From: Gemmatimonadales bacterium | GTDB taxonomy: Bacteria; Gemmatimonadota; Gemmatimonadetes; Gemmatimonadales; GWC2-71-9 | DNA length: 64,000 bases | Direction: 5' to 3' | Assembly: GCA_965249575.1 (NCBI GenBank) | Contig: OZ252244.1 | Coordinates: forward strand, 896,001-960,000 | Shown here: positions 10,672-19,426 of the stretch, piece by piece | Numbering within the stretch: position 1 is the first letter of the stretch | Layout of the letters: each line of letters starts with the position of its first letter | Made by a program: the position numbers and the translations under genes | Notes under the pieces: generated by a model | What the model was told of the DNA's origin: nothing | What the model saw: the letters and a program-made list of their open reading frames with translations, nothing else | The model's database searches: none

Positions 10672-11103
10672 TGTTGTCCTCCGGAGGGTCAGGCAGGCGC
10701 CCGACGGCGTTCTATTGACACCCGGCAACATGGGTGCCGTGAAGATCGCGGAGCAACTCGGATTCTAGTCTGAGAGCACGCCCCGGGTCGCTGAACGGAC
10801 CACGCGGCGGCCGGCCGAGACGCACAGGCGAGGCCGAGTGAGTCGGATCGTGTCAGGGTCGCTAGCTGCGATGCCCCATGTGCACATCCGGTGATGATAG
10901 GAAGCTCAATCTACCCGCGGTGGTCGGGCCGTCAACGCGGCGAGTCGACGCTCCGATCGGGGCGGCGCCTGGAGGGCGCGAGCGCGGGAGACAAGACCGC
11001 CCTAAAGCCCGAACTGCACCCGCTTCGAATTTGGTGACCTCAACGCCGTCGCCCTCGAGTGATTGACGGTGAACGTCAACGGCGGCGCTTCCGCGGCCAG
11101 CCG

Positions 11104-12090
11104 CTAATCCGTGGGGCAGCTTCCCACGCAGTCGCCGACCTGCGCCGGACCTCCCGACAGCTCTCCTACGGCGTAGCCATCGCCCGCTTCGATGATCGTG
11201 AGCGAGCCAACTGGCCTGGTCACCCGCCGCAGCACTTTGCCTGTGCTGGGGTCCGTGATCTCCCGACCCGGCCGAACCACGTCGTACGTTGCGCCGGCGC
11301 GAACCCCTTCACCCGACCCTACGTTGATGGTCACCTCGTTCCCCACGACGTCCGCCACCAATCCCTCGATGGAGATCACCTTCTGGACGATCCGAGCATC
11401 GGCAGCGACGACTTCTTCCAACAACCCCTCCGTCGCCTCGCGCGTAGCCTCACCGATAATGGTGCTCCCGAAATTCGAGCTCGACATGTCGATCGCCCCA
11501 GCGGCGCCGATGCCACCGATCCCCGCGCCGAACAGCTTTGTACCGCTGCGGCTGGACTCCCCTTTCCCGGTGGCCACGGCGAGGATCTCGGCGGTTTGCA
11601 CGTCAATGATGCGTGCGTCGATGCCGACGACGGCCTTCGACTTCTTCCTGCCGAAACCACCGATTCGGACCGGACCGACCCCAACACGGCCGGCCGCACC
11701 GACCGACTGATCATCCCGGCCGAATTGGGTAATCGACCCGATGATGACCGCGTCGACGCCTAGGATCTTCCCCAGCTCCGCCGCGGTGCTCGCGTCGGCT
11801 CGTCCACTTGCCTGGAAGTTCTGCTCTCTCAAGACCTGATCCAAAGCCTGCCGCTCGATCACCGAGTAGGTGCCGTTCCGCACCAAGTCGGTCACCAGCA
11901 TTGTGGTGATGCCCTTACCGATGTCGACATCGCTCCCGAAGATCTGGTGGACGTACTGACGGACCGTCTGGTACTCGAAGTCGAGCACGGCAATCCGCTT
12001 CCGCTGTGCATCCTGGGCGCCCGCGACGGTCGCGGCTCCCACCGACCACGCGGCGAATGTGAGAAGCACACGCGTCATACTGGCTTTCAT
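11104..12090 (-). CDS. CsgG/HfaB family protein with C-terminal FlgT-like domain
   Basis: Signal peptide, RIAVLDF, VIERQALDQVLREQ, GKILGVDAVIIGSITQFG, IDARIIDVQTAEI; GGAGG RBS before ATG 12090. Confidence 0.85.
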   Translation of the reverse strand: MKASMTRVLLTFAAWSVGAATVAGAQDAQRKRIAVLDFEYQTVRQYVHQIFGSDVDIGKGITTMLVTDLVRNGTYSVIERQALDQVLREQNFQASGRADASTAAELGKILGVDAVIIGSITQFGRDDQSVGAAGRVGVGPVRIGGFGRKKSKAVVGIDARIIDVQTAEILAVATGKGESSRSGTKLFGAGIGGIGAAGAIDMSSSNFGSTIIGEATREATEGLLEEVVAADARIVQKVISIEGLVADVVGNEVTINVGSGEGVRAGATYDVVRPGREITDPSTGKVLRRVTRPVGSLTIIEAGDGYAVGELSGGPAQVGDCVGSCPTD

Positions 12091-12400
12091 GACGGAACCT
12101 CCAAGGGACGGACGTCTGGCGACAAATGGGCATGCGGACGAACGGTAATGAGCCCCCGGACCCATCCGCCGGCCACCACACCCCAGAGGTATCCGTGCCC
12201 CCCTTGCTTCGGAACTGCACAATCCCAGCTCTCGAATGGCGCTTCCTTCATACTCGATTGGAGCGCCGTTTGAGGATCTGACTGGGCTCTCGCGCCGCCC
12301 GCGGGCGGGACCCTTCACACCCCTCTCACCGTTGGATAGAATCAGGCAGCCCGGGGCGCGTAGCCAGTGGCCCTCGGCGGCTCTGCAGCGGAGGTGCAGA

Positions 12401-13711
12401 ATGGCAAGTGACAAACCAGATATCATCATCATCGGCGCGGGCATCATCGGAGCCGCGATCGCTTTTGAGGCGTCGAAGAAGGGACACAAGACGCTGAGCG
12501 TCGATAAGTTGGCGGCCGCCGGATACGGATCGACGAGCAACACGTGCGCGATCATTCGGACGCACTACTCCACCTGGGAGGGAACGGCGATAGCCTGGGA
12601 GAGCTTCTTCCACTGGAAGAACTGGCGGGAGTACCTCGAGTTCGAGGACGAGCGAGGTCTCGCGAAGCTGTACGACGGTGGGTTGCTCATCATCCGCACC
12701 AAGGGTCAAGACCTGAGCCGGCACCTCAAGATCCACGACGACCTGAGTATCCCCTACGAGATATGGGACCTCGAGACGCTCAAGAAGAAAGCACCCCTGC
12801 TCGACGACCACTCGTATTGGCCGCCGCGGCGCCCCGACGATCCGGAGTTCGACCAGCGGTCCGAAGACAAGATCCTGGGCGGGGTGTTCATCCAGGCGGG
12901 AGGCTACATCTCGGATGCCCAACTCTCCGTCCACAACCTCCAGCGGGCCGCCGAGACAAAGGGGGCCCAGTTCCGGTTCAACGAGGAGGTGACCGAGATC
13001 CGCCGGGCCGACGGACGGGTCACGGGAATCACGCTCAAGGGTGGGGAGCAGATCGACTCTCCCGTGGTCGTCAACGCCTCGGGACCGCATTCGTTCGTCA
13101 TCAACCGGATGGCGGGCGTCGAGGAGGGCATGCGGGTCAAGACCAAGGCGCTCCGCCACGAGGTGCACTACGTCCCCGCGCCAAGTGACTTCAACGCGAA
13201 GCGTGACGGCTATGTCACCTCTGACGACGACATCGGCGGGTACAGTCGCCCGGAAGCCGGCAACCTGTTTCTAGTCGGCAGCCAGGACCCGGAGTGCGAT
13301 CCACAGGAATGGGTCGAGGATCCGGACGATTTCAATCGCCAGGTGACGACGGAGCAGTTCAAGAGTCAGGTCTACCGGCTGGCGAAGCGGGTCCCGAGCC
13401 TCCCGATCCCCAACCAACCCAAGGGCGTCGTCGACCTCTACGACGTATCGGACGACTGGATCCCCATCTATGACAAGTCCGACCTGGGCGGCTTCTACAT
13501 GGCGGTCGGGACCAGCGGCAACCAGTACAAGAACGCCCCGGTCGTGGGGCTCCTGATGACCGAACTGATCGACGCGTGCGAACGCGGGCAGGATCACGAC
13601 AACGATCCCGTGAAGGTCAAGACGCGGTACACCGGAGTGTCGCTGAACGCAGGCTTCTACTCCCGACTGCGGGAGGTCAACAAAGACAGCAGCTTCTCCG
13701 TTCTGGGTTAG
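12401..13711 (+). CDS. FAD-dependent oxidoreductase (DAO/sarcosine-oxidase-beta-like)
   Basis: IIGAGIIG dinucleotide fold, GSTS, VVNASGP, YDVSDDWIPI, GTSGNQYKNAP; GGAGG RBS. Confidence 0.9.
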   Translation: MASDKPDIIIIGAGIIGAAIAFEASKKGHKTLSVDKLAAAGYGSTSNTCAIIRTHYSTWEGTAIAWESFFHWKNWREYLEFEDERGLAKLYDGGLLIIRTKGQDLSRHLKIHDDLSIPYEIWDLETLKKKAPLLDDHSYWPPRRPDDPEFDQRSEDKILGGVFIQAGGYISDAQLSVHNLQRAAETKGAQFRFNEEVTEIRRADGRVTGITLKGGEQIDSPVVVNASGPHSFVINRMAGVEEGMRVKTKALRHEVHYVPAPSDFNAKRDGYVTSDDDIGGYSRPEAGNLFLVGSQDPECDPQEWVEDPDDFNRQVTTEQFKSQVYRLAKRVPSLPIPNQPKGVVDLYDVSDDWIPIYDKSDLGGFYMAVGTSGNQYKNAPVVGLLMTELIDACERGQDHDNDPVKVKTRYTGVSLNAGFYSRLREVNKDSSFSVLG

Positions 13712-13714
13712 GAC

Positions 13715-14935
13715 GTGCTCGGGCGGTATACGCGCTTCTGGGGCAAGCCCAACCTGGCATCGAGCTACGACGCCGTCATCATAGGCGGTGGCCTACACGG
13801 CTTGGCCACCGCCTATTTCTTGGCTCGCTCGCACGGCATGAGCAACATCGCGGTGATCGAAAAACGCTTCATCGGGTTCGGCGGCGCGGGCCGGAACACC
13901 GCGATTGTCCGGGCAAACCAGAGGACGAAAGAAAACATCCCCCTATATGCCGAGGGGCTGAAACTCTGGGCACAGCTCACCGCCGAGCTCGACTTCAACC
14001 TGATGTTCGACAACTGCGGCAACCTCAACCTGCTGCATAGTGAACAGGCCATCGGCTCGGCAAGACTACAGGTCGCGTCCGCGCAGTTTCACGGTGTCGA
14101 GAGCGAGATCATCGATCGGAAGCAGTGCAAAGAGCTCTTGCCCGCACTGAACCTATCACAGGACATCACGTTTCCGATCTTCGGCGCCATGTACCATCCG
14201 CCGGGCGGGGTGGTACGGCACGACGCAGTCGTCTGGGGCCTGGCGCGGGGCGCCGCCAGGGCGGGGGTACACATTCACCAACAGACGGAGGTGACCGGCA
14301 TCAACATCGAGCACGGTAGGATCGTCTCCGTGGACACCACCGCGGGCCGCGTCCAAACGCCGCGAGTGCTGAACGCGGCCGGCGGGTATTCCGCAGAGAT
14401 TTCCTCCCGGATGCTCGGTGTTCGACTTCCGATCGAGGTGCTCACAATCCAAGCGATGGTAAGCCAGCCCCTGAAACCGATCCTCAACCACGTCATATCC
14501 TCAGGGGCCTATCACGTGTACGCCAATCAGACCTTGAAAGGCGAGGTAGCCACCGGCGCACACATGGATCCGTGGCCCAACTTCACGAACCAGACGACCG
14601 CGCACTACATCAAGCACCAGGCGACTGCCCTCGCGGACCTTGTCCCCTGTCTCCGCGGCGTCAAGTTCATGCGCCACTGGGCCGGCTTGGCCGACATGAC
14701 ACCCGACATGGCTCCGATCGTGGACGGAAACGACCCGATACACGGGTATTACGTGGACTGCGGCTGGGGGTACTTCGGGTTCAAGTCATCGACCGTGACC
14801 GGGAAGTACGTCGCCGAGTTCATGGCGGCTGAGCGCTGTCCCGAGATCTTGAAACCCTTCGCGCTGCGACGCTTCGAGGAGCACCGGCTGATGGGAGAGA
14901 GCGCCGCGCCAGTGAGCTACGGGCCCTGGAATTGA
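13715..14935 (+). CDS. soxB: Heterotetrameric sarcosine oxidase family, beta subunit
   Basis: IIGGGLHGLATAYFLA, GRNTAIVR, RHDAVVW, DMTPD, GWGYFGFK; first gene of the B-D-A-G order. Confidence 0.88.
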   Translation: MLGRYTRFWGKPNLASSYDAVIIGGGLHGLATAYFLARSHGMSNIAVIEKRFIGFGGAGRNTAIVRANQRTKENIPLYAEGLKLWAQLTAELDFNLMFDNCGNLNLLHSEQAIGSARLQVASAQFHGVESEIIDRKQCKELLPALNLSQDITFPIFGAMYHPPGGVVRHDAVVWGLARGAARAGVHIHQQTEVTGINIEHGRIVSVDTTAGRVQTPRVLNAAGGYSAEISSRMLGVRLPIEVLTIQAMVSQPLKPILNHVISSGAYHVYANQTLKGEVATGAHMDPWPNFTNQTTAHYIKHQATALADLVPCLRGVKFMRHWAGLADMTPDMAPIVDGNDPIHGYYVDCGWGYFGFKSSTVTGKYVAEFMAAERCPEILKPFALRRFEEHRLMGESAAPVSYGPWN

Positions 14936-14945
14936 CGGGAGATCC

Positions 14946-15200
14946 ATGGCGCTGACCATTACCTGCCCGGTCTGTGGCAAGCGGAACGGATACGAGTTTC
15001 GGTTCGGGGGGGAAGAACGCGGCCCCCGGCCAAACGAGGAAGGATTGAGCGCAAAAGACTGGTACGACTGCACTCACGCGCGCGGCAACGTGGCCGGCGT
15101 GCAGAAAGAATGGTGGTTCCATCGGGACGGGTGCGGCGTGTGGTTCACCATCCATCGCAATACGGTCACGAATCTCGAGGTCGAGGTACGCTCGTTGTGA
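14946..15200 (+). CDS. soxD: Sarcosine oxidase family, delta subunit
   Basis: CPVCGxR...EFRFGGE...EWWFHRDGC...RNTVT Cys3His zinc motif, 84 aa. Confidence 0.92.
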   Translation: MALTITCPVCGKRNGYEFRFGGEERGPRPNEEGLSAKDWYDCTHARGNVAGVQKEWWFHRDGCGVWFTIHRNTVTNLEVEVRSL

Positions 15201-18118
15201 GCGGCCGGCTGGCGCATCTTCCGACACTACGCATCGATCCCGACAAACCGATCGCGTTCACCTACCGTAACAGGGAATACCAGGGGTACTCGGGGGACAG
15301 CGTAGCCACGGCCTTATATGCGAGTGGCGTGCGCGTTTTCTCGCGGAGCCTCAAGTATCACAGGCCGCGCGGCCTCTACAGCTTGGATGGGGAATCCGAG
15401 ACCTGCACGATGGCGGTCGATGGCATCCCGAACGTCCAGGCCGAGAAAAAGCTCCTGAAGTCCCACTTGCGGGTCGCGGCGCAGAACGTCATCGGCAGCG
15501 CCGATTGGGACCTCCTGGGATTTCTCGACGGGTTCGACTGGGCGATGCCGGCCGGGTTTTACTACAAGATCATGCACAAGCCGGCGTGGATCTGGCCGTT
15601 GGCCTCACGATTCCTGCGCCGGATGGCTGGCGTCGGGCATCTGAGTCCGTCCTTTCAGATGCAGGGCCGATTTGACGAGATCTACCCGACGGTCGATGTC
15701 TGCGTGGTGGGGGGCGGCCCGGCTGGGATGTCGGCAGCGCTGGCGGCGGCCGAGCAGGGACTCCGCGTCATGCTCCTGGAGGCACGCCCCTGGCTGGGAG
15801 GGATCTACGACCATCGGGTGATGAGCGCCGGCACCGGGACCGCGCTCTACGAGCGGGCGCGAGACCTCTCGACGCGTGTCGACGAAGCGCCCAACCTACG
15901 GGTATTGCGCCATGCTTCCTTGATGGGGGTCTACAACAACAATCTCATCACCGCATTCCAAGTCGGTACCGCCTCCGATGTCTTCGACGAGCGGTACATC
16001 GAGATTCGTGCGTCAACGATGGTCGTGGCAACGGGCTGCATCGAAAGACCTCTCCTGTTCGAGAACAACGAACGCCCCGGGGTCATGCAGGTCGGCTGCG
16101 CGCATCGGTTGGCAAGGACATATGGAATCCTGCCGGGATCCCGCGCCGTGTTCAGCGTCGGGCACGACCTGGGGCTCGAGGCAGCGCTGGATCTAGCCAA
16201 CCTTAGGCTGCCGGTGGCGGCGGTCGCCGACACCCGCGCCAACGGTCAGGACCCCGCGCTCGTCGACGCCTTGAGCAAAAAGGGCATCCCGTTCCATATG
16301 GGCTGGGTAGCCGCCGCCGCCCACGGTCGGAAAGCCGTGCGGGGAGTGACGCTCGCCGAGATCAACGGAACGGCCCGGCAGGACCTCGCCTGCGATCTGC
16401 TCGTCGCCTCGGCCGGGATGAGCCCGGTCACGGGCCCGCTGACGATGGCCGGGGCCAAGCTCGCCTTCGATGCTCGCACGGGGTATTTCCTGGCGGCAAG
16501 GGTGCCCGAAAGGGTTCACGCCGCCGGCAGGCTGCTGGGCCTCGAAGACCCCGAGAGCATCGAGACGTCGGGCCGACTTGCCGGTCTCCGCGCGGCCGCC
16601 GATTGCGGCGCGCCCGTCCGGAGCCACATCGATGAAACCCAACGCGTGCTCGAGGCCTGTCCAGGCCCGGTCGAGGGCTCGACCCTCATCCGGGGGCCGG
16701 GCACTGGGCGCAAGGCCTTCCTCGACTTCGACGAAGACACGCCGCTCAAGAACGTGAAGCAGGCCTACGACATGGGGTTTGACGTCCCCGAGCTTTCGAA
16801 GCGCTTCGCCAACGTCGGCACGGGACCAAGCCAGGGCGGGATCCCCGGCCACAATTTCCCGTTGGTGCTGTCCGAGCATCGTGCGGAGGCACCGGGCAGC
16901 CTCAACCCGACCACCGTGCGGGCGCCCATGGTACCGGCCTACGTCGCGACGTTCGCCGGGGCCCATCACGACGTACATAAGTGCACGCCGTTACACGATT
17001 CCCAGCTCCGGGCTGGCGGTATCATGCGGCGCGTGGGTGTTTGGAAGCGTGCCCGCTATTTCTCTGAAGACACGTCGTGCAAGGCAGAGATCGAGAATGT
17101 TCGCAGCAATGTCGGCATTATCGACGTCAGCACGTTGGGAAAGTTCCGGATTTTCGGTCCGGATGCCGAAAAGGCCCTGCAGCGGGTCTACATCGGGAAC
17201 ATGGCAAAGGTCCCACATGGGAAGCTCAAGTACGCCGCGATGTGTAACGACGACGGGTGCATCGTGGACGACGGTGTCATCACGAAACAACGGGAGAACG
17301 ACTATTACCTGACGACCTCCTCCGCCCGCGCCGGCGCAACGATCGAATGGATCCGATACCACACGCGGTACGACGGGTGGGACTACCACATCGTGAATCT
17401 CACCGACGCGCTGAGCGCCATCAACATTGCGGGCCCCAACTCTCGCAGGGTGCTGGAGAAAGTCACCGCGGCCGATGTCTCGAACGAGGCATTCCCATTC
17501 ATGGGTTACCGAGAAATCACCGTGGGGCGCGGCATTCCGGCGCGCGTGTGCCGAATCGGGTTCGTGGGAGAGCTGTCCTACGAGCTGCACGTGCCCGCGT
17601 CCTACGCACAGGCCGTCTGGAATCTCCTCATCGAAGCGGGACGGGATCTCGGCATTCGGCCATTTGGCATGGAAGCGCAGAGCTGCATGCGGCTCGAGAA
17701 GGGACACCTCATCGTGAACCTCGAGTCCGAGATCCGGACGACGCTACTCGACCTCGGCATGGGGTTCCTCTGGTATCGAAGGAAGCCGGAAGCCAGGACC
17801 GTTGGAGCCGTTGCGCTCACACAAACTCAGAACCAGCCGGACCGGTATAAGCTGGTCGGCCTCGAGCCGAAGAATCCCCGACAGACGCCGGGTGATGGGT
17901 CCGTCATAGTGGATTCGACGATACGGGGCCATGTATGCACGGCCAGGTACAGCTTTAGTCTCGAAAAATCGATCGGCTTGGCGCTGGTCGAGGAGCCGCT
18001 CGCAAGAGTGGGAACGCGACTGGAGATCTTTCAAGACGACTGGGGGAAGGAGCGGCTAGCGGCGACGGTCGTGAAGCCACCCTTCTACGACCCCGCCGGG
18101 GAAAGGCTACGGATGTGA
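15197..18118 (+). CDS. soxA: Sarcosine oxidase family, alpha subunit (NAD-binding + GcvT/folate domains)
   Basis: GDSVATAL, SRSLKYHRPRG, VGGGPAG, FENNERPG, DVSTLGK, GELSYE, PFYDPAGERLR; GTG 15197 overlaps delta stop. Confidence 0.92.
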   Translation: MSGRLAHLPTLRIDPDKPIAFTYRNREYQGYSGDSVATALYASGVRVFSRSLKYHRPRGLYSLDGESETCTMAVDGIPNVQAEKKLLKSHLRVAAQNVIGSADWDLLGFLDGFDWAMPAGFYYKIMHKPAWIWPLASRFLRRMAGVGHLSPSFQMQGRFDEIYPTVDVCVVGGGPAGMSAALAAAEQGLRVMLLEARPWLGGIYDHRVMSAGTGTALYERARDLSTRVDEAPNLRVLRHASLMGVYNNNLITAFQVGTASDVFDERYIEIRASTMVVATGCIERPLLFENNERPGVMQVGCAHRLARTYGILPGSRAVFSVGHDLGLEAALDLANLRLPVAAVADTRANGQDPALVDALSKKGIPFHMGWVAAAAHGRKAVRGVTLAEINGTARQDLACDLLVASAGMSPVTGPLTMAGAKLAFDARTGYFLAARVPERVHAAGRLLGLEDPESIETSGRLAGLRAAADCGAPVRSHIDETQRVLEACPGPVEGSTLIRGPGTGRKAFLDFDEDTPLKNVKQAYDMGFDVPELSKRFANVGTGPSQGGIPGHNFPLVLSEHRAEAPGSLNPTTVRAPMVPAYVATFAGAHHDVHKCTPLHDSQLRAGGIMRRVGVWKRARYFSEDTSCKAEIENVRSNVGIIDVSTLGKFRIFGPDAEKALQRVYIGNMAKVPHGKLKYAAMCNDDGCIVDDGVITKQRENDYYLTTSSARAGATIEWIRYHTRYDGWDYHIVNLTDALSAINIAGPNSRRVLEKVTAADVSNEAFPFMGYREITVGRGIPARVCRIGFVGELSYELHVPASYAQAVWNLLIEAGRDLGIRPFGMEAQSCMRLEKGHLIVNLESEIRTTLLDLGMGFLWYRRKPEARTVGAVALTQTQNQPDRYKLVGLEPKNPRQTPGDGSVIVDSTIRGHVCTARYSFSLEKSIGLALVEEPLARVGTRLEIFQDDWGKERLAATVVKPPFYDPAGERLRM

Positions 18119-18777
18119 CTGCGGCGGTGCCGCTACGACGCTCGCCGGTCGACTTTGGCGCGGGGCCCGCGAGGACCGAGACCCGCGGCGACTGGGTGGT
18201 CGCGCTCGAGTATCACGATGAGCGTGACGGATGCCAGTTGATCGACTTGAGCCACCGGGATCGATGGGACGTTCAGGACGGGACCGTTTCGCGACTCACT
18301 CCCTGGGGTATCGGAGTACCGGAGCGCTACGGCAAGTGCGTGTTCGGAGCTCGCAACGGTGTGCTGATCAATCGAACGAATCGAACGCAGGCATCGGTCT
18401 GGCACCTACGGGGCACCGAGTTGAGTCCGCCGCCAGATGAAGCGGCCTTCACGAACGTCACGGATGCGACGCTGTTCCTCGCGATCCTCGGACGGGAAGT
18501 CTTTTCGATCGCGGAGAAGCTCACCGCGCTCGACCTTCAAATCCCTGGACGAGCAACGCCGTGCCTGCTGCAGGGCCCGGTGCTCCACGTACCATCGCAG
18601 ATCGTGCTGTTGGCTCGGGCCGGAGACCGGTGGGGACTCCTCTTTACCTGCTCCCGGGGCTACGGAAGAACCGTGGTGGAGGGAATCATCGAAGCTGGAC
18701 GAGAATTCGACCTGCGCCCCGCGGGAGAGCGTGCGTTCACCGGGTGGCTCGAGCGTTGTGCGTTGACCGAAACCTGA
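18115..18777 (+). CDS. soxG: Sarcosine oxidase family, gamma subunit
   Basis: LIDLSH, TNVTDA, LTALDL, SRGYG; position and GTGA overlap after alpha. Confidence 0.82.
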   Translation: MTAAVPLRRSPVDFGAGPARTETRGDWVVALEYHDERDGCQLIDLSHRDRWDVQDGTVSRLTPWGIGVPERYGKCVFGARNGVLINRTNRTQASVWHLRGTELSPPPDEAAFTNVTDATLFLAILGREVFSIAEKLTALDLQIPGRATPCLLQGPVLHVPSQIVLLARAGDRWGLLFTCSRGYGRTVVEGIIEAGREFDLRPAGERAFTGWLERCALTET

Positions 18778-18883
18778 TGACCCAGGGGCGTCCAACCCAG
18801 GGGAACAGGCGGTAAGTCACACGGCTCCGACCATCTCAGAAACGAATGTGGCCGGGGCCGTTCACATCGGACTTCTCGCCCAG

Positions 18884-19219
18884 CTAGCTCTCGACGACGA
18901 CGCGGGCCCTTCCGGCGTTGGTCCCAACGGAGCGTATCCCGTTCGAGCGGCCGGATGACGAGTTGTACATCTCACTCTTGCCAATGGCCTGCCCGTTGGG
19001 CGACGTGAGGACGAAGTAGTACTTGCCGTTCTTGGACGTACGGCGATCGTAGAGCGTCTTCCGCTTCGAGCAGGCCTTCACGGCCTTGATGCCCGTACGC
19101 GCGCTCGCCTTGGTCTTGTAGCCTTGACTCTGGAAGATGACCTGTCCGTTCTTCGCGGTCAGGTTGAAGTAGTGCCCGCCGGTCTTGCCGCGGAACAGCG
19201 CGAAGCGTGGATGCGCCAT
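18884..19219 (-). CDS. yegP: YegP family protein (tandem DUF1508)
   Basis: Two repeats of YFxLxAxNGQxIxxSExY...GIxxVxxN. Confidence 0.88.
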   Translation of the reverse strand: MAHPRFALFRGKTGGHYFNLTAKNGQVIFQSQGYKTKASARTGIKAVKACSKRKTLYDRRTSKNGKYYFVLTSPNGQAIGKSEMYNSSSGRSNGIRSVGTNAGRARVVVES

Positions 19220-19426
19220 CGAGAAACTCCCAGTCGAAGATGGTCGTGCGCGGAAGCATTCAACTCGCCTACCCGCTCGCCGCTCATTCTAAGGCACGAC
19301 CGTGGCTATTGCAACAGAGAATGAAACGACCGGCACCGGCTTCGATGAAGATCGGGAGTTCGTGAGGGGCCATGCCGTCCGGACCCAAGCGGCCAAACCC
19401 AACGGCCGGTGATGAACCGAGCGTGT

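Noticed and set aside
10700..10768. Possible gene tail (...GAVKIAEQLGF*) upstream of LVIVD paralogue 1
   Set aside because: Too short to assign to any family by eye.
12100..12400. Glycine or other riboswitch upstream of the sox-type operon
   Set aside because: One hairpin (AATGGCGCTTCC...GGAGCGCCGTT) is present, but I see no recognisable aptamer consensus; an Rfam/Infernal scan is needed.
11104..12555. N-terminal extensions in the ORF track (CsgG 483 aa, DAO 491 aa, SoxA from 15110, PlsC-SDR 661 aa, CusA from 43004)
   Set aside because: Downstream starts have an RBS or stop-start coupling and give family-typical N-termini; the extensions overlap neighbouring genes.
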